Shown one piece after another: positions 21,002-30,670 of a stretch of 64,000 nucleotides of DNA. Within the stretch, counting starts at the first letter, position 1. Each line of letters starts with the position of its first letter. The position numbers and the translations under genes were made by a program. The DNA comes from an uncultured Candidatus Rokubacteria bacterium (GTDB lineage Bacteria > Methylomirabilota > Methylomirabilia > Rokubacteriales > CSP1-6), in NCBI GenBank assembly GCA_963789955.1, contig CAWBMV010000034.1:704001-768000 (forward strand), given 5' to 3'. A model generated the notes under the pieces. The model was not told where the DNA came from. It saw only the letters and a list, made by a program, of their open reading frames with translations, and ran no database searches.

Positions 21002-23353
21002 ATGAAGACTAAGTGCCCGCTCCCCAAGAGATTTTCCGGAACGCGACGCGTTTCCGGAATGCTGCTCAGCGTTCTGGCGCTGATGCTGATCGCGGCGACG
21101 GCCGCGGTGGCGGCGCCGTTCGCGTACATCTCGAACTTCGGTTCGGGGACCGTGTCGGTCATCGACGCGGGATCGGCGGCGTCGTGTGCGGGGACCGGGC
21201 AGGTGCCGCCGCCGCCTTGTGTCGTCGCGACGGTGCCGGTCGGGGCATTCCCCGGCGGCGTCGCGGTGAATCCGGCGGGCACGCTTGTCTACGTCGCCAA
21301 CCAGGACGACGGGACGGTGTCGGTGATTCGCACCTCGGACAACACCGTCGTGGGCGGCCCGATACCGGTCGGCGTGCAGCCGTGGGGTGTGGCGGTCAGC
21401 GCTGACAACTCGCTGGTCTACGTCGGCCTCGGGAACGGTGCCGTCGCGGTGATCGAAGCCAACAACGGCAACAACGTGAGCCAGATCCCCAATGTGGGCG
21501 GGTTGCTGAACGGCATTCTCTCGGTCGGCTCGCGCGTGTACGTGAGCGACGCCACGGCCGGCCAGGTCGTGGTGCTCCAGGGCACCAGCGTGATCGCGCG
21601 GGTCGACATCGGCTCGCCGCCCAATTCGCTTCCGATGGGGCTCGTCGCGAATCTCACGGGGACGCGCGTGTACGTGGTCGATCTCTTCCTCGATCCCATG
21701 TCGTTGGACTCGGTGCTGGAAGTCTCGGCGATCGATACCACGTCGAATCCGATCTCGCTCGCGGGAACGATCACGGTCGATCCTTCGACGATGGCCACGC
21801 CGGGCGGCATCGCCTTGAGCCCGGACGGCAGCAAGCTGTACCTCACGAGCGATGCCATCGATCGTCTCCACATCGTCACCTTGTCGAACGGGAACGTCGT
21901 GTCCGTCCGCACGGGTGATTCCCCGGTGGGTGTCGCGACCGATCCCGACGGCCGCATCTACGTCGGCAATGCCGGAGCGGGGACCGTGAGCGTGTTCGAT
22001 CCGACGTTCAATCCAGCCACCGGGCTGCCCGCCCCGAAGGCCGTTAAGGTCGGTGCGACTCCGTTCGTGTTCGGGGCGTTTACCACCGCCGGCCCGCCGC
22101 CCCCGCCCCCGCCGGCGCAGTTCGTCCTGAGCTTGTCGACGGTCGGCTTGGGGACGATCACGGCCAATCCGCTGCCGGTATCGGGGACCTATACCGACGG
22201 CACCGTCGTGACCCTGACGCCTAACCCGTCCACGAACTACCAGTTCACCGGCTGGGCCGGCGCCTGTACGGGGAGCGGCTCCTGCGTCGTGACGATGAAC
22301 GCAGCCAAGAGCGTGACAGCGACGTTCACCCTGAAGCAGTTCGTTCTGTCGATCGGAACGGTTGGCAACGGGACCGTTTCGGCCAGCCCGCTGCCGGTGG
22401 GTGGGACGTATGGCGCCGGCACCGTCGTGACCCTCACGGCCAACCCGGCTACGAACTACCAGTTCAGCGGCTGGTCCGGCGCCTGTTCGGGCAGCAGCTG
22501 CATCCTGACGATGGACGCGACCAAGAGCGTGACCGCGACGTTCACCTTGAAGCAGTTCGCGCTGACCTTGACGACGGTCGGAAACGGGTCGATCACGGCC
22601 ACCCCGGCGCCGGTGGGTGGGACGTACGGCGCTGGCACTGCGGTGGCCCTCACGGCCGTGCCGGGCGCAGGCTCTCAACTCAGCGGCTGGTCCGGCGCCT
22701 GCACGGGGACCGGTGCCTGCAACGTGACGATGGACGCGGCCAAGAGTGTGACCGCGACCTTCACGGCGGTGCCGCCTCCGCCGCCGGCGCAGTTCATACT
22801 CACGTTGACGACGGTCGGTGACGGAGCGATCACGCCCCAGCCCGGGCCTGTGGCGCCGGCAGTCAACGGGGCGAGCACCGCCCTGGCGGCCCCGGTGTCG
22901 GGTAAGTACAACGCCGGGACGGTCGTAACTCTCACGCCCACCCCGGCCGCCGGGTTCAAACTCAGCGGTTGGTCGGGCGCCTGCACGGGCACCAGCGGCT
23001 GCAGTGTGACGATGAACGCGGCCAAGAGTGTGACCGCGACCTTCGTCGCCCTGGCGCCGACGACGTGTGACGACAAGATCGTCGACCTTCAGAAGAAGGT
23101 GGCGGCCTTCAAGCACCCTTGGTGGCACGACCAGCAGCTGAAGGTGGCGCTCAAGATGTACGCGGAGAGCCTCGCCGAGCTCAATCGCGCCAAGGCGAAG
23201 GTGGCGAGCAGTGACAAGCGGTACGTCCACGCCAAGAAGGAGTTCGACAACGGCAAGGCTGCGCTCTGCCTCGGCCATTACTGGCGCGCCGACCACGAGT
23301 TCTGGGAGACGTTCGTGATCGCGCACGAGATCCTCAAGCACAACCGGCGCTAA
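21002..23353 (+). CDS. Secreted protein: YVTN beta-propeller, four InlB-B-like repeats and a C-terminal helical domain
   Basis: Signal peptide; YVANQDDGTVSVI-type repeats; four FxGWSGAC..C..TM.A.KSVTATF repeats; Pro-rich linkers; alternative start at 21059. Confidence 0.85.
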   Translation: MKTKCPLPKRFSGTRRVSGMLLSVLALMLIAATAAVAAPFAYISNFGSGTVSVIDAGSAASCAGTGQVPPPPCVVATVPVGAFPGGVAVNPAGTLVYVANQDDGTVSVIRTSDNTVVGGPIPVGVQPWGVAVSADNSLVYVGLGNGAVAVIEANNGNNVSQIPNVGGLLNGILSVGSRVYVSDATAGQVVVLQGTSVIARVDIGSPPNSLPMGLVANLTGTRVYVVDLFLDPMSLDSVLEVSAIDTTSNPISLAGTITVDPSTMATPGGIALSPDGSKLYLTSDAIDRLHIVTLSNGNVVSVRTGDSPVGVATDPDGRIYVGNAGAGTVSVFDPTFNPATGLPAPKAVKVGATPFVFGAFTTAGPPPPPPPAQFVLSLSTVGLGTITANPLPVSGTYTDGTVVTLTPNPSTNYQFTGWAGACTGSGSCVVTMNAAKSVTATFTLKQFVLSIGTVGNGTVSASPLPVGGTYGAGTVVTLTANPATNYQFSGWSGACSGSSCILTMDATKSVTATFTLKQFALTLTTVGNGSITATPAPVGGTYGAGTAVALTAVPGAGSQLSGWSGACTGTGACNVTMDAAKSVTATFTAVPPPPPAQFILTLTTVGDGAITPQPGPVAPAVNGASTALAAPVSGKYNAGTVVTLTPTPAAGFKLSGWSGACTGTSGCSVTMNAAKSVTATFVALAPTTCDDKIVDLQKKVAAFKHPWWHDQQLKVALKMYAESLAELNRAKAKVASSDKRYVHAKKEFDNGKAALCLGHYWRADHEFWETFVIAHEILKHNRR
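22121..23045 (+). repeat. Four intragenic ~70-aa domain repeats
   Basis: Recurring GGCTGG.CCGGCGCCTG and GCCAAGAG.GTGAC.GCGAC.TTC nucleotide blocks. Confidence 0.8.
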
Positions 23354-23399
23354 CCGCCCCGGTACTCTCTCAGGGGTCGGCGTGTGCTAGCCTTCAGGC

Positions 23400-24131
23400 A
23401 TGGCACACGCCGACCCCGCGCCGTTTCACGACGGCCCCGCCGCCCGGCGGGTCGGAGCGCGATCCATCAGCCTACCGACCCTGATCGCGACTTGCCTCGT
23501 GCTCGCCGCTCTACCCGGTCGTCCCGAGGCCCAGTCCGACTGCCGCCCCATCGAGGACTTCTCGAAGGCCAAGGTCGGTGAGCTGCCGCCCGACTGGAAG
23601 CTCCGAAAGGACTCCGCCAAGGACGTGTATCGGGTCGCGGAGGAGTCGGGCATCAAGTTCCTGCACGCCGCCGCCAAGGGGCTCGGTGTCCAGGCCGCGA
23701 GAGAGTATGAGTGGGACCTCGGCACCTATCCGATGCTCGTGTGGTCCTGGCGGCCGCTCGAGTTTCCGAAAGGCGGGGACGAGCGCGACTCGAAGGCGAA
23801 CGACAGCGCCCTGGCGGTGTACCTGCTCGTGCCCTACTCGCGCATCAGAGGGCCGAAGGCGGTCAAATACATCTGGAGCGAGAAGGCCCCTGCCGGGACG
23901 AAGCTCGAGTCGAACATGGGCCTCACACAGGTCCGGGTGCTCCGGAGCGGCGCGCCGGAGAAAAAGGGTGAGTGGGTCGAGGAGCGGGTGAACGTGCTGG
24001 AAGACTACAAGAAGTACTTCGACGTGAAAGAGACGCCCAAGCCTGCCGGTATCGCGGTGCTGACCGACTCCGACGACACGAATTCCTCGGCACAAGGAGA
24101 CTACGCGAACTTCAGGGTCTGTCGCCAGTAG
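23400..24131 (+). CDS. DUF3047-like secreted protein
   Basis: YPML.WSW, GGDERD...NDSALAVY, KYIWS, GIAVLTDSDDT; first gene of the phoBR unit. Confidence 0.75.
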   Translation: MAHADPAPFHDGPAARRVGARSISLPTLIATCLVLAALPGRPEAQSDCRPIEDFSKAKVGELPPDWKLRKDSAKDVYRVAEESGIKFLHAAAKGLGVQAAREYEWDLGTYPMLVWSWRPLEFPKGGDERDSKANDSALAVYLLVPYSRIRGPKAVKYIWSEKAPAGTKLESNMGLTQVRVLRSGAPEKKGEWVEERVNVLEDYKKYFDVKETPKPAGIAVLTDSDDTNSSAQGDYANFRVCRQ

Positions 24132-24134
24132 GCG

Positions 24135-24827
24135 ATGGCCCGCGAGGTTCTCGTAGTCGAAGACGAGCCGGATATCCGCCGGCTCGTCGTCCTGCACCTC
24201 GAGCGCGAGGGCTTCCGCTGCCGAACCGCCACCACCGGATCCGACGCGCTCCGTGAAGTGAAGGCGGCGGTTCCCGATCTGGTGGTCCTGGATCTCATGC
24301 TCCCCGAGGTCGACGGCCTGGAGGTGTGCCGCCGGCTGCGGCGCGATACGAGCACGGCGGCGATCCCGATCATCATGCTCACCGCCAAGTCCGACGAGGT
24401 CGACCGGATCGTCGGGCTCGAGATCGGGGCCGACGATTACATCGGCAAGCCGTTTTCTCCGAAAGAGCTCGTCGCGCGCGTCCGGGCGGTGCTGCGGCGC
24501 TCGCAGCCGAACCAGGCGACGCCGGTACTCACGGGGGGGCCGATCACGCTCGACGCGGCCCGCCACGCCGTGAGCTTGAACGGCCAGGCCATCGTCCTGA
24601 CGCCGAAGGAGTTCGACCTCCTCCAGGCGCTCCTCGAAGCGGCCGGCCGCGTGCTCTCGCGCGAGTTCCTCCTCAACCGCGTATGGGGTTACGCCCGCGC
24701 CGACGTGATCGAGTCGCGCACCGTCGACGTGCACGTCCGGCGCCTGCGCGCGAAGCTCGGCGATGCCGGGAGCCGGATCGCGACGGTCAAGTCGATCGGC
24801 TATCGCTTCGAGACTGATCCGCCATGA
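24135..24827 (+). CDS. phoB: PhoB/PhoP-like OmpR family response regulator
   Basis: VVEDE, LDLMLP, GADDYI.KPFSP, SRTVDVHVRRLR; adjacent to a PhoR-like kinase. Confidence 0.85.
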   Translation: MAREVLVVEDEPDIRRLVVLHLEREGFRCRTATTGSDALREVKAAVPDLVVLDLMLPEVDGLEVCRRLRRDTSTAAIPIIMLTAKSDEVDRIVGLEIGADDYIGKPFSPKELVARVRAVLRRSQPNQATPVLTGGPITLDAARHAVSLNGQAIVLTPKEFDLLQALLEAAGRVLSREFLLNRVWGYARADVIESRTVDVHVRRLRAKLGDAGSRIATVKSIGYRFETDPP

Positions 24828-26667
24828 TGCAGGCGTTCGTTCACTTCCTCCGCCGCAGCATCGCCCGCAAGCTCACGTTGACGCTCGTCGGCTTCGTCGC
24901 CGTCACCATGGTGGTGGCCGGCCTGTGCCTGAACCGCGCCCTCGAGGCATTCGCGGTGGACACGCTCGAGGCCCGCCTGGCCAGCACCGGGCGGCTCCTG
25001 CACGACGAGGCCCGCACGCTCGTGACGCGGCCCGCCTCGCCCGACGATTTCCATGCCTTCGCGGTGCGCGGCTCGCGGCCGACCGCCTCGCGGATCACCG
25101 TGATCGCCGCCGACGGCCGCGTGCTGGGGGATTCCGAGGTGCCCGTCGACGATCTGCCGCGCGTCGAAAACCACGGCCAGCGGCCGGAAGTGCTGGCGGC
25201 CTTCGCGGGCGGTGTCGGGCGCGACCGGAGGACCAGCGCGACGATCGGCGCGTCGCTCCTGTACGTCGCGCTCCCGATCGTCGACGGCGGGAAGGTGATC
25301 GGCGTGATCCGGGTGGCCCTGCCGGTGTCGGCGGTGACGTCGTCGTACGCGGCGATCCATCGGGTGATGCTCCTCGGAGGCCTGGTCGCGCTCGTCGTCG
25401 CGTTCGGGATCGGTCTCTTCGTGGCCCGGCGCGTGACCGAGCCGGTCGTGCAGATGCAGGCGATCGCCCATCAGATGAGCGAGGGCGATTTCACGGTGCG
25501 GGCGCCGATCCGCTCGCCGGACGAGATCGGCGCGCTCGGACGAGCGCTCAACGGCTTGGCCGCGCGGCTGCGGGAGAAGATCCACGACCTCGGGCACGAG
25601 CAGGCGAAGGCGACGGCGATCCTGGACGGCATGATCGAGGGCGTGATCGCGGTCGACGGGCGCGACGTCATCTTGCTGCTGAACGAGCGGGCGCGGTCGA
25701 TGTTCGGCCTCGACGCGACGCGCGGCGAGGGCAAGCCGTTCCTCGAAGTCATCCGGAACACGGAGCTGCACGAGGCGTTTCGCGAAGGCCGTGCGGCCGG
25801 CGAGGGCAACGTCTCGAATCGCGAGGTCAGGCTCGTGAGCCCGGTCGACCGGCGCGTGCAGGTGAACGCGGTGCCGCTGCGTCTGGGCGGCAACGAGATC
25901 GGCGTCGTCATGGTGCTCCACGACGTCACCGAGCTCCGGCGGCTGGAGCAGGTCCGCACGGAGTTCGTCGCCAACGTCTCGCACGAGCTGCGGACGCCGC
26001 TGACGGCGATCCAGGGCTATCTCGAAACGCTCCTCACCGGCGCGCTCGAAGAGCAGGAGAACGCCCGGCGGTTCCTGGAGATCGTGTTCCGCCACACCGA
26101 GCGGCTGGGCCGGCTGCTCAATGACCTGACCGATCTCTCGAACATCGAGCTGGGCCGCGTGTCGTTGAAGCTCGCGCCGACCCGGCTCGACGAGGCGGTC
26201 GACGCGGTGCTGGCGATCATGAGCGCCAAGGCGAAGAGCGGCAACGTCGCGCTGCGCAGCCAGGTCCCGCGCGAGCTGCCGCCGGTGCTGGCGGACCGCG
26301 ATCGGCTCGTTCAGATCCTGATCAATCTGGTCGACAACGCGATCAAGTACACTCCCGAGACGGCGGTCGCGTGACGGTTCGCGTCGAGGAGCCGGCCCAG
26401 GGCCACATCGAGATCGACGTGGTCGACACCGGCATCGGGATCCCGCCGGCTGACCTGCCGAGGATCACCGAGCGGTTCTATCGGGTCGACAAGGCGCGCT
26501 CGCGCGAGCTCGGTGGCACCGGGCTGGGGCTCGCGATCGTCAAGCATCTCGTGTTCGCGCACAACGGGCTCTTGCGTATCGAGAGCGAGCCGGGCCGCGG
26601 CACGACCGTGCGCGTGTGGCTCTCCTGCGCGGACGGCGCCGAGGCGAGGTCGACGCTCGAGGTGTAG
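24824..26667 (+). CDS. phoR: PhoR-like sensor histidine kinase (HAMP, PAS); frameshift near 26360
   Basis: ENHGQRPEV, EFVANVSHELRTPLT, NLVDNAIKY; continues in ORF 26371 with DTGIGIP, ERFYRVDKARSRELGGTGLGL. Confidence 0.88.
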
Positions 26668-26674
26668 AGCGACC

Positions 26675-27160
26675 TTACGACCGGCCGGGCGCGGTGTCCC
26701 AGCCGAAGAAGTCGCGCGCCCACACGAACGTCCCCACGCCGGCCGCCATCGCCGCGTCGCGATCCTTCGCGGAGTCGCCGACGTGGGTCGAAGCGCTCAA
26801 GGCCACGTCGTGGAGGCGAGCCAGCTCGCGGAACATCCCCGGCTTGGGCTTGCGGCAGTCACAACCGTCGGCGTCCGTGTGCGGACACAGCCGCCATCCG
26901 GTGAACGGTCCTCCGAGCTGCTCGTTGGCCCATGCGAATCGCTTCGTCACCTCGGCCTCGGAAATCTCGCCCGTCGAGATCCGCGCCTGATTCGACACGA
27001 TGAAGCAGACGTCGAAGCGAGGACGCTCGCGGGCGAGCGTCGCCACGACGTTGTCCATGAGCACGGGGTGACCCGCTTCATCCACGACCGTCCGGCTGTG
27101 TCTGGTGAGGGCGAGCGTGCCGCCCCAGTCGATGAACAGCGCACGCTGCGAGCGCGACAT
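26675..27160 (-). CDS. HAD-IIIA family phosphatase (GmhB/HisB-N-like)
   Basis: FIDWGGTL, VSNQ, CPH..CDCRKPKPGM, VGDS.KD. Confidence 0.8.
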   Translation of the reverse strand: MSRSQRALFIDWGGTLALTRHSRTVVDEAGHPVLMDNVVATLARERPRFDVCFIVSNQARISTGEISEAEVTKRFAWANEQLGGPFTGWRLCPHTDADGCDCRKPKPGMFRELARLHDVALSASTHVGDSAKDRDAAMAAGVGTFVWARDFFGWDTAPGRS

Positions 27161-27355
27161 CGCGCGACCGTAGCATGCCGCCGATCGCCGTCGCCACATA
27201 TTTGCCGAAACTTCATGGTATCGACACACGACCTGACCCTAGGCTCACGTCATGCCCGTGTCGCCGTCGCCCGTCCTCGACCGATCGAAGTGGCACGAGC
27301 TCGTCTAGCGACCGCCGAACACTCGTAAATCCCCGCCGCACCGGGCGCGTGGCCC

Positions 27356-27394
27356 GTCACTGAAACTTCACGCGGAGAGTGATAGACCGTTCAC
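27356..27394 (+). promoter_or_regulatory. Pho-box-like direct repeats upstream of the PHP/hydrolase/GH3 operon
   Basis: GTCAC 27356, TTCAC 27367, GTGAT 27379, TTCAC 27390 (11/12/11 bp spacing). Confidence 0.5.
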
Positions 27395-27418
27395 ACTCCG
27401 CCGCCAGACTCGTCTGCA

Positions 27419-28156
27419 ATGAGAACCAGTACGTACGGTCGCGCCGACCTGCACGTGCACACGCTGTGGAGCGACGGCGCCCAGCGTCCCGAGGCGATCG
27501 TGGAAGCCGCCCACGATCGTCAGGTCGACGTGGTGGCCATCACCGACCACGACGAGATCCGCGGGGCGCTGCGCGCGCGCGACTGGGCGCGCGAACATCC
27601 CGAGCTCGGCGTCGACGTCGTCGTCGGTGAAGAGATCAGCACGCTCAACGGCCACCTCCTCGGCCTGTTCCTCGAGGAGTGCGTGCCGCCCGGCCTCAGC
27701 GCGCTCGACACGATCGGCGAGATCCACGCGCAGGGCGGCCTCGCGGTCGCCGCCCACCCGTTTCATCCGCTCCGGGGTGTGAGCCGCGGCCACGTCTCGA
27801 TCGGGCGGATGATTCGCGATCTGCCGCTCGACGCGATCGAGGCGGTGAACAACGCCGGCGTGTTCTCGGCGCCCTACAACGCGTGGGCGGCGCTGCGCAA
27901 CCTGGAGCTCATGCTGCCGGTGACCGCCGGCAGCGACGCCCACGACGTCTGGTACGTCGGCAGCGCGGTCACCCGCTTCGAGGGACACGACTCGGCGGCG
28001 CTGCGCCGGGCCCTTCTGGCCGGCCGCACGCGCGCCCACGTCGACTGGTCGTGGACCGTCGGCAAGCTCCCCTTTCATCTGGCCGTGCAGGTCCGTGCCG
28101 CCTATCGATTTCTCCGGCGCGATCGGCAACGCATCAGCGTGGGAACTCTGCCGTGA
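27419..28156 (+). CDS. PHP domain phosphoesterase
   Basis: DLHVHT..SDG, AITDHD, GEEI, AAHPF, AGSDAH. Confidence 0.9.
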   Translation: MRTSTYGRADLHVHTLWSDGAQRPEAIVEAAHDRQVDVVAITDHDEIRGALRARDWAREHPELGVDVVVGEEISTLNGHLLGLFLEECVPPGLSALDTIGEIHAQGGLAVAAHPFHPLRGVSRGHVSIGRMIRDLPLDAIEAVNNAGVFSAPYNAWAALRNLELMLPVTAGSDAHDVWYVGSAVTRFEGHDSAALRRALLAGRTRAHVDWSWTVGKLPFHLAVQVRAAYRFLRRDRQRISVGTLP

Positions 28157-28184
28157 CGAGGCAGCGCTCTATGAGGAGGCCGAT

Positions 28185-28968
28185 ATGAGTACGCCAACCC
28201 ATACGCGATTTCGCTGGCTGGAGCGTGGCGTGGGCGAGCCCGTGCTGCTGCTGCACGGGCTGCTGGGCGAGATGGACCAGTGGGAGTCCACGCTCGAGAG
28301 CGCTGGGTCCGTTTCGCCGGCCGATCGCGCTCGAGCTGCCGATCTTCGATCCCGACCTGACCGAGGTGTCGGTGCCGGCTCTGGCCAGCTATGTGCGCCG
28401 CTTCATGGAAGCGATCGAGCTGCCGCCCGCGATCGTCTGCGGCAACTCACTCGGCGGCCACGTCGCGCTCGAGCTGGCGCTGTCGTGCCCGGGATGGGTC
28501 GACGGGCTGATTCTCACCGGCTCGTCCGGGCTGTTCGAGCGGACCTTCACGAGCCACGTGCCGCACGTGCCGACCCGCGCCTACGTGCGCGAGCGGATGG
28601 AAGAGATCTTCTACGATCCGAGCCTGGTCACGCCCGAGTGGGTGGAATCGATCCGCCGCATCGTCACCACGCGCCGCACCGCGCTGCGGGTACTTCAGGT
28701 GGCCCGCGCGGCCAAGCGCCACAATGTCGAGGAGCGGCTGAGCCAGATCCGTGTCCCGACCCTGCTCGTGTGGGGCAAGGACGACCGCATCACGCCGAGC
28801 GACGTCGCCGAGCGTTTCCACGCGCGCATCCGGGGCTCGCAGCTCGTGTACCTGCCCAACTGCGGCCACGCGCCGATGCTCGAGCGACCGGAGGCGTTCA
28901 ACGCGGCGGTCGGCGACTGGCTCGTCGAGACCCGTGCCCGCCGCGCGCTCCTCGGAGAACGCTCGTGA
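28185..28968 (+). CDS. Alpha/beta fold hydrolase; frameshift near 28300
   Basis: LLLHGLLG, GNSLGG nucleophile elbow, WGKDD, CGHAP; GAGGAGG RBS. Confidence 0.85.
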
Positions 28969-30527
28969 TCGAACGGGTCGGCGGCGCGGCGCTCCGCGTC
29001 TACCAGGCGCACCGCCGCCGCGCGCTCGAGGGTGTGGCGCGCGACGCCGAGCCGCGTGCAGGAGGCGACCCTGCTCGATCTGGTGAACTCGGCCCGCGGG
29101 ACCGCGTTCGGACGCTCGCATCGCTTCGAGCAAATCCGTTCCGTCGCCGACTATCAGGCGCGGACGCCGCTCGGCGACTATCTGCGCTTTCAGCCGCTCT
29201 GGACGCGGGCCATCAACGGCGAACGCGATCTCACCTGGCCGGGGCGGCCCCGCTACTGGGTGAAGACGTCGGGCACCACCGCGGGCGACAAGACGATTCC
29301 GGTGACCCCCGAGGCGTTCCGCGCTCATCGGAAGGGCGGCTGGGACGCGTTGTTGATCGCCGCCGAGCGCGGCGGCTTCGAGAGTATCGCGGGCGGGCCG
29401 CTGCTGTTTCTCGGCGGGTGCACGAGCCTGAAGCCGATCGGGCAGGGCTGCTGGGTCGGCGATCTCTCGGGCCTCATGGTGCAGGACCTGCCGCCCGGTT
29501 TCCGCTCGCGCTATTCGCCCGGGCGCGACATCGCGTCGATCCCGGACTGGGACCAGCGGATCGACGCCGTCGCCGAGCTGATCCAGCATCAGGACCTCCG
29601 ACTGATCTCCGGGATGCCGTCATGGCTCCTGATCCTCTTCGAGCGCGTCGCGCGCGCCCGGCGCGCGCGGGTCGGCCCGTGGCGAGCCTGGGTGAGTGCT
29701 GGCCGAACCTGAGCGCTCTCATCCACGGCGGCGTCTCGTTCGCACCGTACCGCGTGACCGTCGAGGAGTGGATGGGACGGCCGATCGAGTACGTCGAGGT
29801 GTATCCCGCCTCGGAAGGCTTCGTCGGGCTCCAGACCGAGCGCACGGGCGGGCTGACGCTCATGCTCGACTACGGAATCTTCTACGAGTTCGTGCCGGTC
29901 GAGGATCTGGGCCGCGCGCGGCCGCGGCGGCATACGGTCGCCGACGTCGAGCTCGACCGACCCTATGCGGTCGCGCTGACGACTTCCGCCGGGCTCTGGT
30001 CCTATCTGCTGGGCGACACGGTCCGCTTCACCGCGCGCGATCCGCTCCGTCTCGTGATCACCGGGCGCACGCGCCACTTCGTGAACGCGTTCGGCGAGAA
30101 CGTCATCATCGAGGAAGTGGAGCAGGCCCTGGTGGTCGCCTGCCGCCGGACGGGCGCCGAGCCGGGGGAGTTCACGGTCGCGCCGCGCTATCCGTCGGCC
30201 GGCGAGCCGCGTGGCGGCCACGAGTGGCTGGTCGAGTTCCGCATCCCGCCGCGTGACCGGGACGTCTTCGTGCGCGAGCTGGACGAGGCACTGGCCGCGC
30301 TCAACACCGATTACCGCACCAAGCGGACCGACGACGTCGGCATGATCGCCCCGCGGCTCGTCGAGATGCCGCAGGGCTCGTTCCATCGATGGATGCGTGA
30401 AGCCGGCAAGCTGGGCGACCAGCACAAGGTTCCTCGCGTCCTGAACGATCGCGCCGTCGTCGAGGCGCTGCTGGCCGCGACCGGCGCACGCGAGAGGGAG
30501 CCGCTCGTTCACTCGGTAGGCTCCTAA
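28965..30527 (+). CDS. GH3 family acyl-acid amido synthetase-like protein; two frameshifts
   Basis: KTSGTTAGDKTIP, YPASEGF, GIFYEFVP, YLLGDTV, GDQHKVPR across ORFs 29032 and 28095. Confidence 0.85.
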   Translation: MIERVGGAALRVYQAHRRRALEGVARDAEPRAGGDPARSGELGPRDRVRTLASLRANPFRRRLSGADAARRLSALSAALDAGHQRRTRSHLAGAAPLLGEDVGHHRGRQDDSGDPRGVPRSSEGRLGRVVDRRRARRLREYRGRAAAVSRRVHEPEADRAGLLGRRSLGPHGAGPAARFPLALFARARHRVDPGLGPADRRRRRADPASGPPTDLRDAVMAPDPLRARRARPARAGRPVASLGECWPNLSALIHGGVSFAPYRVTVEEWMGRPIEYVEVYPASEGFVGLQTERTGGLTLMLDYGIFYEFVPVEDLGRARPRRHTVADVELDRPYAVALTTSAGLWSYLLGDTVRFTARDPLRLVITGRTRHFVNAFGENVIIEEVEQALVVACRRTGAEPGEFTVAPRYPSAGEPRGGHEWLVEFRIPPRDRDVFVRELDEALAALNTDYRTKRTDDVGMIAPRLVEMPQGSFHRWMREAGKLGDQHKVPRVLNDRAVVEALLAATGAREREPLVHSVGS

Positions 30528-30606
30528 GGGACGGCGCCGGGGGACGCGCCCTCCCGACGCGTCCTCCGGGCCGATCTCGTCGCTGCCTCGCGCAAGCGGT
30601 TGAATC

Positions 30607-30649
30607 GTCACCCCGTCGTAATCAATCAGTAACGAAGCTCGTCTAGCGT
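30607..30649 (+). promoter_or_regulatory. Pho-box-like repeats and -10 element upstream of phoA
   Basis: GTCAC 30607, GTAAT 30618, GTAAC 30629 (exact 11-bp period); TAGCGT at 30644. Confidence 0.65.
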
Positions 30650-30670
30650 CCGCTCACGGGAGGGCGCGAC

